A stretch of DNA of 32,000 nucleotides from positions 30,001-62,000 of the forward strand of contig CAVRAI010000004.1 in NCBI GenBank assembly GCA_963718915.1, written 5' to 3'. The notes beneath the pieces are model-generated. The model was not told the origin of the DNA. It did no database searches and was given only the letters and a program-made list of their open reading frames with translations. The stretch is from an uncultured Chloroflexia bacterium. Lineage in GTDB: Bacteria > Chloroflexota > Ktedonobacteria > Ktedonobacterales > JADMIN01. A program made the translations under genes and the position numbers. Shown here piece by piece: positions 8,638 through 17,248 of this stretch; position 1 is the stretch's first letter, and each line of letters begins with the position of its first letter.

Positions 8638-8761
8638 GGCGTTACAAATTCACCGGTAGCCCGTTTCTTAAGACATCATCGCGTCATCTGGCTGGCGTGG
8701 TGGAGAGTGTGCTCTCAACATGCGTGTACTGGCTCTTGCGCGCTGCACGGGAGGATGGCAT

Positions 8762-10826
8762 GTGACGACAGCGTATTCCTTGCTCAAAACAATGCTTGGT
8801 GAAGATGTCTCATTTCGTCCGGGACAGGTCGAAGCGATTGATGCGCTCGTCACACGGCGAAGTCGCGCGCTGGTGGTGCAGCGGACTGGTTGGGGTAAGA
8901 GTTTAGTGTATTTCATCGCCACCAAACTCTTGCGCGAGGCAGGCGCCGGGCCAACGCTTCTCGTCAGCCCCTTACTCGCGCTCATGCGTAACCAGATTCA
9001 GGCGGCGGAACGCATTGGTATTCGGGCGTTGTCACTCGCGAGTGACAACGTTGATGATTGGCCGCGCATTGAGCGAGCGCTTGAGCGGGACGAAGTTGAC
9101 ATCCTGCTGGTTTCTCCTGAGCGCCTCGCGAATAGACGTTTCACGACTGGCGTTCTGCCCACACTCGCAGGGGGAATCGGGCTGGTCGTTGTCGATGAGG
9201 CGCACTGTATCTCTGACTGGGGACATGACTTCAGGCCCGATTATCGCCGCATCGTAAACATCGTGAAGCGTCTTCCGCGGAATGTGGCGCTTCTGGCCAC
9301 AACAGCGACAGCGAATGAGCGCGTGGTGGCGGACATTGAAACGCAACTCGGCCCGAACCTTGAGATCCAGCGTGGCCCGTTAGCCAGAACATCCTTGCGC
9401 CTCCAGCCAATAACTCTTGCGGATCAGGCCGAACGATTGGCGTGGCTCGCGCAGAATATACCCCGATTACCGGGTACAGGTATTATCTATTGTCTGACGA
9501 TATCTGATTGCAAACACGTGATCGCAATGGCTGGCAAGTCAAAACATCGATGCGCCAGCCTATCATAGCCAACTTGACGCAGCGCAACGACAGATACTCG
9601 AACAACGATTACTCGACAATGATGTTAAGGCGCTCACCGCAACGATAGCTCTCGGCATGGGTTTCGACAAGCCTGATTTGGGTTTTGTCGTCCATTTCCA
9701 GCGACCCGGCTCTGTTGTGGCGTACTATCAGCAGGTGGGTAGAGCGGGGCGCGCGGTGCAAGATGCGTATGGAATCCTCTTACAGGGCAGGGAAGACGAT
9801 GACATTCACGACTACTTCATTCACTCGGCGTTTCCTTCGGCAGAGAATACAAAGCTCATCCTATCCATCATCGAGCAGGCTGATACAATTCCGCTCCGTG
9901 AGATCCTGTCCCAGGCCAACTTAAGCTGGGGCGTCGTAGAACGCATCCTCAAGCTCCTGGAGATTGACGGCGCCATTGTCCGAGACAATCGCATCTATTA
10001 CCGCACAACGAACCCCTGGCGACCGAACACGCTGAAGCAGGAACAGGTAACTATGAAGCGCATGGTAGAGCTACAGCGTATGCGGGCGTTTATGGGCTAT
10101 GACGGGTGCCTCATGGAATACATAGCGCACGAATTAGATGATCCGTACGCGGCGCCGTGTGGCCGCTGTAGCAACTGTGTGGGCGATTTCGTCACGCCTT
10201 CGGTCACCGCGCAGGCTGTTCAGGAGGCTCTCGCCTTTTTGAAGCGCGAGCATCAGCCAATCGCGCCGCGCAAGCTATGGACAGGTGACGTGGTCGGATT
10301 TCGTGGAATGATCAAGTACAGTTTGCGGATCGAAGAGGGGCGCGCGTTGTGTCAGTATGGCGACCCGCTCTGGGGTCGACTGGTAGAGCAGGGCAAGTAC
10401 ACCGACGGCCAGTTTTCCGAGGAGCTTGTTGATGCGGTAGCCCGTTTGATTTCAGAATCGTGGCGACCTGATCCGATGCCCACCTGGGTGACGTCAGTGC
10501 CGTCATTACGGCGCCCAGAACTTGTTGCCGGGTTCGCGAGAAGATTGGCGTACAGGCTCAACCTTCCGTTTTATCCCATCATCATCAAGAACAGAGACAC
10601 GCCGCCGCAAAAGACGATGCAAAATAGCCAGCATCAGGCGCGAAACGCCCTGGAAGCATTTACTGTGCAACAGCCTGTTTCGCATGGCCCAGTGCTTTTG
10701 GTGGATGATATTGTGGACTCGCGCTGGACGTTGACGGTATGCGGTGCGAAACTACGTGAAGCAGGCAGCGGACCAGTATTCCCTGTAGCGCTTGCTGTGG
10801 CCAGCGCGGGAGGACTTCGAGATTGA
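8762..10826 (+). pseudogene. recQ: RecQ-family ATP-dependent DNA helicase fused to a C-terminal ComF/phosphoribosyltransferase-like domain. The frame is broken by an apparent 1-nt deletion near 9525.
   Basis: Helicase motifs TGWGKS, DEAHCISDWGHDFRPDY, LLATTATA, then YHSQL..VKALTATIALGMGFDKPD..QQVGRAGR. RecQ Zn finger CGRCSNC. C-terminal VTSVPS...VLLVDDIVDSRWTL. The frame of 8720..9568 reads ..CKHVIA and the frame of 9525.. continues QWLASQNIDAPAYHS. GTG start at 8762 follows GGGAGGATGG. Confidence 0.85.
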
Positions 10827-11273
10827 CACACGAAACGCTGACAGCCGACGCCGAGGTGATTCTTCTGTGTTGCTCGCAACTCGCAATACCCAGGAAGCCC
10901 TCTCAAACGACTGGCGCTCCCTACTCGGCGCGCGAGTGGACTGAACTCGCCAGAAAGATCCATGCGTTATCTCAGCGACCAGGAGCGTTGCTGAGTGGCA
11001 ATACGGCTGATTTTCAACGTACACTCGGACTCTCAGATGCGGAAGCGCTTCGCCTCACCTCGCTTTTAAGTCGCGGTGGGCAGCTCGCCATGGAACGGAC
11101 ACGCTGGCCAACAGAGTATCTGGGGCATACTCGCGCCGAAGGGGCAACGTTGCCGGAGTGCGGCTGTGTACGTTGTACGTCTCATGTGTCTCGCTGTGAT
11201 AGGCGTGGGCACGGAACTGGCACGACTGGCGGCGGCATCATGTGACGCCGAGAGAACAGAGGGGTGGTCTCGG
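10823..11273 (+). pseudogene. DprA-like (DNA-processing protein) remnant: the N-terminal domain is retained, and the Rossmann domain is frameshifted and truncated
   Basis: AEVILLCCSQL...REWTEL...PGALLSG...LGLSDAEALRLTSLLSRGGQLAME fits my recollection of N-terminal regions of RecQ-associated DprA proteins (not checked against any sequence). SIWGIL, TRAEGATLPE and LAVIGVGTE occur in different frames. The ORF ends after about 140 codons, whereas full DprA proteins are typically far longer. Confidence 0.4.
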
Positions 11274-11621
11274 ATGAGATTCGCATTGCGAACCGTGGCT
11301 CTGATTATCGGAGTCATCGGATTTGTCATCGGATTGATCGTAAACTTTGCCTATTCGACGTTCCATTTCATTGGTGACATGATGGGCGCCGATGTCCGCC
11401 AATCACATGGAGTCATTGGATTCCTGGTGCTGGTGCTGGGCGTGATTGGGGCGCTGCTGGCGCCGTTCACCGCGTTGGTCGCGGCTGTGATCATGCTGGT
11501 GGTTGCCATCGCGTTGTTCTTTATTCTCCACTGGGCGGCGCTCCTCGTAAGCCCGTTCTTCATTGTCGCGGCTATCCTGGCGTTTCTGGATCGCCCGTCT
11601 TCGCGCACTGCCAGCACGTAA
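11274..11621 (+). CDS. Small membrane protein (3-4 TM), function unknown
   Basis: ATG at 11274 follows GAGGGG. Hydrophobic sequence with repeated GVIGF/GVIGA motifs. The track N-terminal extension from 11076 is DprA-remnant sequence. Confidence 0.55.
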   Translation: MRFALRTVALIIGVIGFVIGLIVNFAYSTFHFIGDMMGADVRQSHGVIGFLVLVLGVIGALLAPFTALVAAVIMLVVAIALFFILHWAALLVSPFFIVAAILAFLDRPSSRTAST

Positions 11622-11669
11622 ACGGTACGCGAAAAGCAGCGCCCTCTCACTTCGGGCTGAACGCGGAAA

Positions 11670-11707
11670 CGTCCGGGCTTGCAATAGGTTAGCCCGGACG
11701 TGTTTTT
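11670..11707 (+). terminator. Rho-independent terminator between convergent genes (A-tract upstream, possibly bidirectional)
   Basis: CGTCCGGGCT (11670-11679) pairs with AGCCCGGACG (11691-11700): perfect 10-bp stem, 11-nt loop, then TGTTTTT. Confidence 0.8.
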
Positions 11708-11759
11708 CCCAAACTCCCCGTCCGTGGATTGAGTGACAGGACGTATCGCGGCATCACGA

Positions 11760-13847
11760 CTAATCAGGTGAGAATGATGGGTCGGACAACGGGATTTTGA
11801 ACCAGAAAGTAGATCCCTTGCCGGGCGCGCTCACGACACCAACCTCGCCGCCGTGGCGTTCGACGATGGTCTTGCTGATAAAAAGCCCCAGACCCAGCCC
11901 TGGCCCTGATCCAGTCTGGCGCATGATGCCGTTGACACGGTAATAGCGTTGCCAGATCCGTTCCTGGTCTCCCAGGCTCAGTCCGGGGCCAGCATCCCGC
12001 ACTTCATAGCGCGCACAGGTTCCCTCGACGCACACGCGCACTGCGACTGACGTTTCAGGCTCTGAATATTTGATGGCATTCGAGAGCAGATTGTCTGTCA
12101 CCTGCACAAGGCGATCCGCATCTGCCCACACTGGCAGCGGATGGTCGGACGCTGAAAAATGTATCGCACGCCCAGGATTCGTAGCCTGTTGTTCGTCTGT
12201 GCTGTCGCGCGCAACAGCGACAAAGTCGCACGTCTCGAAGCGGAAATCCAGCTCGCCGACATCTACGCGTGAGAGATCTAGCAGGTCGTTAATCAGACGT
12301 TCCTGGCGTTTGAACTGCCGGTTGGCTCGTCCCAGCAGGTCGCGCGCCCGCTTCAGACTCTGGGCAGACTCCGTGTATATTGCCGCTTCCTCCGCGTCTG
12401 GAGGCGCAGCGCCTTCTGCCCGCAAAAGGCGGTCGAGCAGTTGCATGACGAAATTCACATTGAGTTTTGCGCTCGTTATAGGAGTGCGCAATTCATGTCC
12501 AGCGATCGAGAGAAAGTCATCCATCTGGTGTTTGGCTCGCTCGGCGGAGAGCGCTTCGGCACGGGCCTCGGCTCGCTCGCGGGCGAACCGTTGACGTTCC
12601 ATGACCACCCCTATTAATTGGGCAGCGGCATGAGCGAGCGCGCGATTCTCCGGGGTGTAGTCATCCGCGCTATCGCCGAAGTTGGCGCCGAAGTAGCCGG
12701 TAAGTGCGCCTGAGGCAAGCATCGGTGACATCAGGAAGTAGCGCCGCGACAGGAGCGTGGCCGGATGATCGGGGCTAACGCTCTGCACGTCGAAAAGAGC
12801 CGACTCGCCTGCCGTAAGCGTTGCCTCGACCTCAGCGCCAAAGCGGTCTGCGAGGTTGAGTTGGCCGAAGCTGGCACGGAACTTACGCTCCCTCCGGGGC
12901 GTACTGTCAGACACCGCGATGGGCCTGAGCCAGCCAGTTTCCGGGTCTATGCCGACGATGGTAATACGCTCGCACCCGAGAATACGGCTGCAGAGCGCGG
13001 CTAACTGATGGATAGGCTCATCTTCCTGTTGCTGCAAAGCCGTGAGGGCATCCTCAGCATCCTCAGAATCACCTGAGTCCTCGGAATCATCCGCATCTTC
13101 CGCGAGATCGACGGACACAACCGGGGTACTTACCATTGCACCCGCAAGTTCGAGCATGGTATCGAGCGCTTCGCGCGTGCGCTCTGTCTGGTGTTCGCGT
13201 TGCGACCAGATCTCGCGCTCCCTACGGTAGAGCAAGGCCCGGTCAACGGCGAGCGCGACATACTCCGCCACGTGTTGGAGCAGCGCAATTTCCTGGTTTG
13301 TGAAGAGATGTCGTTCAGCGGTACCGATATGCAATACACCAAGAAGGCGCTCGCCAGCCAGCAGTGGCACGCCGACCGCCGAGAGTATGCGCTCGCCCAG
13401 GAGCGGATTGACGGCATCGAATTCGGCGAGATTGGGGACAGAGAGTAGATGGCGAGAGGCCGCGATCCGACCGGCGAAACCCTGTCCGATGGGAACACTG
13501 ACCTTTCCTACAACCTCTTCTTCGAGTCCATGCGCCGCGTGCAGGAGCAGGTGCTGTCCGTCGGGGGAGACAAGGAGAATCGCCACGTTATCCACGCCCA
13601 TGAGATCCTTGATTGGGTCAAGCAGAGCAGGAAGAAGTGTGGCGAGATCCAGATGCGCAATGGCGGCCTTGAAAAGCGCCTGGCTCAGGTGCAGCTCGCG
13701 AACCAGGAACTGATCGTCAGTGGGAGGAGTCGGCGCTCCATCGGGTACGTGAACACTGGTGACGTCCGCATGCGCGTCATCTGACCGAACTTGCCCGGGC
13801 TTCTCGGTCGGACGACGGTGCGCGCGACGACTGTTCGATTGAGACAT
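11760..13847 (-). CDS. Sensor histidine kinase with tandem GAF-like domains (HisKA + HATPase_c), soluble
   Basis: H-box SIAGHELRTPITS. N/G boxes LLSNAIKYS, DAGPGL and GPGLGLGLFISKTIVERHGGEVGV. Acidic linker DADDSEDSGDSEDAED. Confidence 0.85.
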   Translation of the reverse strand: MSQSNSRRAHRRPTEKPGQVRSDDAHADVTSVHVPDGAPTPPTDDQFLVRELHLSQALFKAAIAHLDLATLLPALLDPIKDLMGVDNVAILLVSPDGQHLLLHAAHGLEEEVVGKVSVPIGQGFAGRIAASRHLLSVPNLAEFDAVNPLLGERILSAVGVPLLAGERLLGVLHIGTAERHLFTNQEIALLQHVAEYVALAVDRALLYRREREIWSQREHQTERTREALDTMLELAGAMVSTPVVSVDLAEDADDSEDSGDSEDAEDALTALQQQEDEPIHQLAALCSRILGCERITIVGIDPETGWLRPIAVSDSTPRRERKFRASFGQLNLADRFGAEVEATLTAGESALFDVQSVSPDHPATLLSRRYFLMSPMLASGALTGYFGANFGDSADDYTPENRALAHAAAQLIGVVMERQRFARERAEARAEALSAERAKHQMDDFLSIAGHELRTPITSAKLNVNFVMQLLDRLLRAEGAAPPDAEEAAIYTESAQSLKRARDLLGRANRQFKRQERLINDLLDLSRVDVGELDFRFETCDFVAVARDSTDEQQATNPGRAIHFSASDHPLPVWADADRLVQVTDNLLSNAIKYSEPETSVAVRVCVEGTCARYEVRDAGPGLSLGDQERIWQRYYRVNGIMRQTGSGPGLGLGLFISKTIVERHGGEVGVVSAPGKGSTFWFKIPLSDPSFSPD

Positions 13848-13944
13848 GGATGGATGCTTCCCGCGATAGGCTCATCCAGAGAATTCAGCATTGTATCGTC
13901 GTAGTATAGCACACCACGCGCGCAATACATGAGATTGGGCGTGG

Positions 13945-14610
13945 TCATGCCGTGGGTGAAGCGCCGCTGGCGACGCCAGCCGTAGCTTGTTGCTTGTTTT
14001 GCCGATGACGCCCATGATCGGCGAGCGCTTGTAGGCGCCGAACGCCGCGCTGGAGGTAACGGCCGACCGGCATTTCAGTCATCACGACGAGCAGACGCGC
14101 ATTGACGAGGAAGAGCAGCACGGCGACTGGCGGCATCAATGTGTCGAGGGTGATGCCCTCGTCAAAGGCATTGGCGGGATTGAACCAGGGGAAGACGCCA
14201 TCGCCCATAAAGAAATGGAAGTTGACGCAGAGGAATGCGCAGAGTAGCGCGGCAACCATCGCCGCCGCCACCTCGCCAACCGCGAGACGATACTGTGGCA
14301 TGCCATGGCGGCGCACGGGACCGACGAGCACAATGACGCCGATGAATAAGGCTATGCCAATAAAGAGTTCCGTCGCTTCGATCAAATAGCCGAACGCGAC
14401 ACTATGCGGCAGGACAACATGTTGGAGTATCGAGACATACCAGCCGTTGGGGTTATCATGCATGCCTTCATCCAGGGTATCGGCCAGCCCCTGCGGGAAA
14501 TTACCCGCCAGCACCTTGTTGGCGCCCGAGACGAGCCACTCCCATGCGATGACAGCCTGGAGGGCGGCCGCCACCCATCGTGCGTCACGACTGAATATCA
14601 TTCCTCTCAT
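13945..14610 (-). CDS. Polytopic membrane protein, possibly DoxX/DoxD-like, function unknown
   Basis: Hydrophobic ORF. The probable start is MRGMIFS at 14610, and the region upstream of it in the track ORF looks non-coding. Confidence 0.5.
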   Translation of the reverse strand: MRGMIFSRDARWVAAALQAVIAWEWLVSGANKVLAGNFPQGLADTLDEGMHDNPNGWYVSILQHVVLPHSVAFGYLIEATELFIGIALFIGVIVLVGPVRRHGMPQYRLAVGEVAAAMVAALLCAFLCVNFHFFMGDGVFPWFNPANAFDEGITLDTLMPPVAVLLFLVNARLLVVMTEMPVGRYLQRGVRRLQALADHGRHRQNKQQATAGVASGASPTA

Positions 14611-14987
14611 CCTCTCGACTATCGCCACGATTTCCGTCTGGCGTAGGTATAACGTAGGCAAACGGTCACAATGAGCATACCCATTGGTGTGCGAGTCCAA
14701 GACGTCAGTCCTGGGATAAACGCTGTCTCTCTACTTTGTGGTTTACTCGCTGACGTGGCAGCTTCGTCTTGGGACGCTCTCCGGTAGACCGGGAAATGAG
14801 ACCGTCCCACTGCCACGAACATGTCGCACGGGGCCGAGCAGGCCCATCGCGTAAAGTGGTTCCGGCAGGTGCGGGTTGCGACGCCCGATGCGCCTTCCCC
14901 GCCGGTCGCGAGAATCCCCTGGCTTCAGCCATGGGGAGTGTCAAGATTATGTGTCTCTTCCATCACGAATGCGTCACGGATGCGTCG

Positions 14988-15041
14988 CCCGATCTCACAT
15001 GTACGTCACCGACCATGTGGGATCGGGCGCCCTTCTTTTCC
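14988..15041 (+). terminator. Terminator-like hairpin plus T-tract inside a long non-coding gap, about 185 nt upstream of the multicopper oxidase start
   Basis: CCCGATCTCACATG (14988-15001) pairs with CATGTGGGATCGGG (15014-15027): 14 bp including one G-U pair, 12-nt loop, then CGCCCTTCTTTTCC. Confidence 0.4.
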
Positions 15042-15225
15042 GAGATCGAGCCGCCTTGTGCTCGGTCCGCGCTCAGCGCTATCCGCCTGCTGTGACCCAT
15101 CTGAGAGAAAGCGGCCACGCGCTGAGATTTCAGTGAGATGTTCCTCCTCTACGATGTGAATCAGTTCGGCTCATGCAATTGCGCCGGGATAATCGCGAAT
15201 GTTCGCGCGGGCTGTGGGAGGAATT

Positions 15226-16575
15226 ATGACCATCGACCAGAAATCGCTCGCTGAGGATACTGAGGATACTGAAGATGCTGAGGAAGTGGAGAAAGCGCAA
15301 GGTTCATCGCCAGAGACATCCCAATTCATTCGGACGTGGCCTCCTTCCGAAGAGGAGCTTGACCAGCTCGAAAGCGATCTGAGGGCCGGAAAACGCGCGG
15401 CGCCTACAAGCCAGACGTCGTCGCAGGTGGAGGAGTGGCCGGACTGGCTCCAAAAGCAGTGGATCACCTCCCAGCGACGTCGCGCCTGGCACATTGAACA
15501 CCCTTCCACGGCTCGTAGCCGACTGTTCTCGCCCGGTGGAATCCTGATGATTGGGATCGTTGTCGCGCTCATCCTGGTCAGCGTTGGCGTGGGGACGGCG
15601 CTGACGAATCGGACCGGTTCCTCACCCAGCGCAAGCAGCGGCACGACAGGTGATACAAGCGGTGGGATGTCTGGCATGGGCAACCAGCAGACGACGGCGA
15701 ATGTCCCCGACGCCATGCAGCAATATGGCAACCAACCGGCAAAGTACGTGGTGGATAAGGATGGCGCAAAGCATTTTACGCTGACCGCGCAGCAGGTGAT
15801 GTGGCAGCCGGTCAAGGGCCACAAGGTGCTTGCCTGGACCCTGGACGGCACAGTGCCGGGTCCGATGATTCAGGCCACGGCAGGCGATCATGTGCGTGTC
15901 ACGATAGTCAATCATCTGCCTGAGGCGACCGCGATCCACTGGCACGGGCTTGAGGTGCCAACCGACAACGATGGAGTGCCACCCATTGGCATGAAGCCGA
16001 TACAGCCAGGCCAGTCTTATACATACGATTTCACGCTGCAAGACCAGGACGCTGGGACGCACTGGTATCACAGCCACTATGACGATCTCAAGCAGGTCGG
16101 CGGTGGTATGTATGGCGCGTTTATCATCGCTCCACGGCCGGGAAGCCCGCAGTACCAGCCTATGATGCAGGCGGAGCGCGCCGATGTTGATCAGACGATG
16201 TTCATTGGCATGCTGGGCGGCTACTATGTCATCAACGGCAAGAGCTTCCCGGATACGCCGCCATTAATAGTGAAACATGGGCAGACCGTGCATCTGCGGA
16301 TGATTGGCGCCGATACCTCGATGATCCATCCAATGCACCTGCACGGACACAGCTTCCAGGTGGTGGCGTCCGACGGACATCTGCTGCCCGCGCTGTACAC
16401 GAAAGATACGCTGTCAGTAGCCCCTGGGGAGACCTATGATGTCACGTTCTATGCCTGGGCGGCTCCTGGCAGCATCTATCCATTGCACTGCCACATCCTC
16501 AGCCACCTGATGAATCCTGGCCAGACCGGCAGCGAGATGGGCGGCCTGATCGAGTTGCTCGAATACCAGAAGTAA
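15226..16575 (+). CDS. Two-domain multicopper oxidase (small-laccase-like) with an acidic N-terminal tail and a single TM anchor
   Basis: Cu ligand motifs HWHGLEVP, HWYHSHY, HPMHLHGH and HCHILSHLMNPG. TM segment ILMIGIVVALILVSVGVGTAL. ATG at 15226 lies 5 nt after GGGAGGA. Confidence 0.85.
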   Translation: MTIDQKSLAEDTEDTEDAEEVEKAQGSSPETSQFIRTWPPSEEELDQLESDLRAGKRAAPTSQTSSQVEEWPDWLQKQWITSQRRRAWHIEHPSTARSRLFSPGGILMIGIVVALILVSVGVGTALTNRTGSSPSASSGTTGDTSGGMSGMGNQQTTANVPDAMQQYGNQPAKYVVDKDGAKHFTLTAQQVMWQPVKGHKVLAWTLDGTVPGPMIQATAGDHVRVTIVNHLPEATAIHWHGLEVPTDNDGVPPIGMKPIQPGQSYTYDFTLQDQDAGTHWYHSHYDDLKQVGGGMYGAFIIAPRPGSPQYQPMMQAERADVDQTMFIGMLGGYYVINGKSFPDTPPLIVKHGQTVHLRMIGADTSMIHPMHLHGHSFQVVASDGHLLPALYTKDTLSVAPGETYDVTFYAWAAPGSIYPLHCHILSHLMNPGQTGSEMGGLIELLEYQK

Positions 16576-16736
16576 GCGGGATGTTGTAATAGTCCAAAAT
16601 AGCCAACCACCGATCGACCGGCCGACACGAAGAGAGGACGTCTGCAATGGCGCAGGCGCCCTCTCCCGTTGCTCCTGGATTACCATGGTTTAGTATTGGC
16701 GCTGTGTCGTGAACCAGGCCAGGACGCAAAGATAGG

Positions 16737-17045
16737 TCAGTCAACCACTTCCATATCACCCTGCTTGACCAGACCAGCGGCGATCATGACATCGATGGGC
16801 GGTATCTTGAAAACTCCGGCAAGCGACCGGCACCGCTCGGGGGTCGGAATAACCGGGTTCTCATCGCGCAGATAGCGTCCGAGCGACGCCTCATCTATTG
16901 GATGTCCAGCCTGCTCGCAATACTTATGGAACTCGCGTATGAGATAATGATCGCCACGTCGATTGTAGAATTCAAGCTCCTTGAGCTTGCCCCGTAGCCA
17001 GTCACGAAACGCGATCCGAGTCTCCTCTTCAACGGAGATGTTCAC
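16737..17045 (-). CDS. Small HTH-containing protein (XRE-like helix-turn-helix at the C-terminus), function unknown
   Basis: ASLGRYLRDENPVIPTPERCRSLAGVFKIPPIDVMIAAGLV resembles an HTH_3 core. GTG start follows GGGGAAGGGG. GC looks lower than the neighbouring genes. Confidence 0.5.
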   Translation of the reverse strand: MNISVEEETRIAFRDWLRGKLKELEFYNRRGDHYLIREFHKYCEQAGHPIDEASLGRYLRDENPVIPTPERCRSLAGVFKIPPIDVMIAAGLVKQGDMEVVD

Positions 17046-17064
17046 AGTCTGACCCCTTCCCCAC

Positions 17065-17111
17065 CCAAAAGCAGACAGGTATCAAGCTGCCTCCAGTAGC
17101 AGCGTACCTGT
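17065..17111 (-). terminator. Possible terminator downstream of the CocE/NonD gene
   Basis: ACAGGTA (17075-17081) pairs with TACCTGT (17105-17111), with an inner GCTGC/GCAGC stem. On the minus strand it is followed by CTGCTTTTGG. Confidence 0.3.
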
Positions 17112-17248
17112 TGCTAGATATCAATCTACCATATCATTACGAATGAGCGATGGAAAACATCACGAAAAACCCAAGGAGATTTGTACTAGCCTCATAGTAA
17201 GTGACGCGCTTGGCGCAGCGGTGTATCCCGGACAATTCACGGTTACCG

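Noticed and set aside
11076-11273. N-terminal extension of the small membrane-protein ORF given in the ORF track
   Set aside because: This part translates to DprA-remnant-like sequence and lacks an RBS. The ATG at 11274 has a GAGGGG RBS and begins the hydrophobic protein.
13040-13110. Repetitive GAGGAT/GAGTCC-type DNA inside the GAF kinase (a similar one at 15250-15290)
   Set aside because: It encodes acidic low-complexity linkers (DADDSEDSGDSEDAED, EDTEDTEDAEE) in frame within good ORFs. It is coding low complexity, not an independent repeat element.
14770-14940. Fragments resembling riboswitch cores
   Set aside because: GGGAAATGAGACCGTCCCACTGCC resembles part of the cobalamin element. GTGGTTCCGGC...CCGGTCGCGAGAA resembles the guanidine-I ykkC element. 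These are only partial matches: the B12 box and the ykkC 3' ACGGCGGG..CCCGGGAGA module are missing, and neighbouring genes do not fit either regulon. An Infernal scan is needed before any call.
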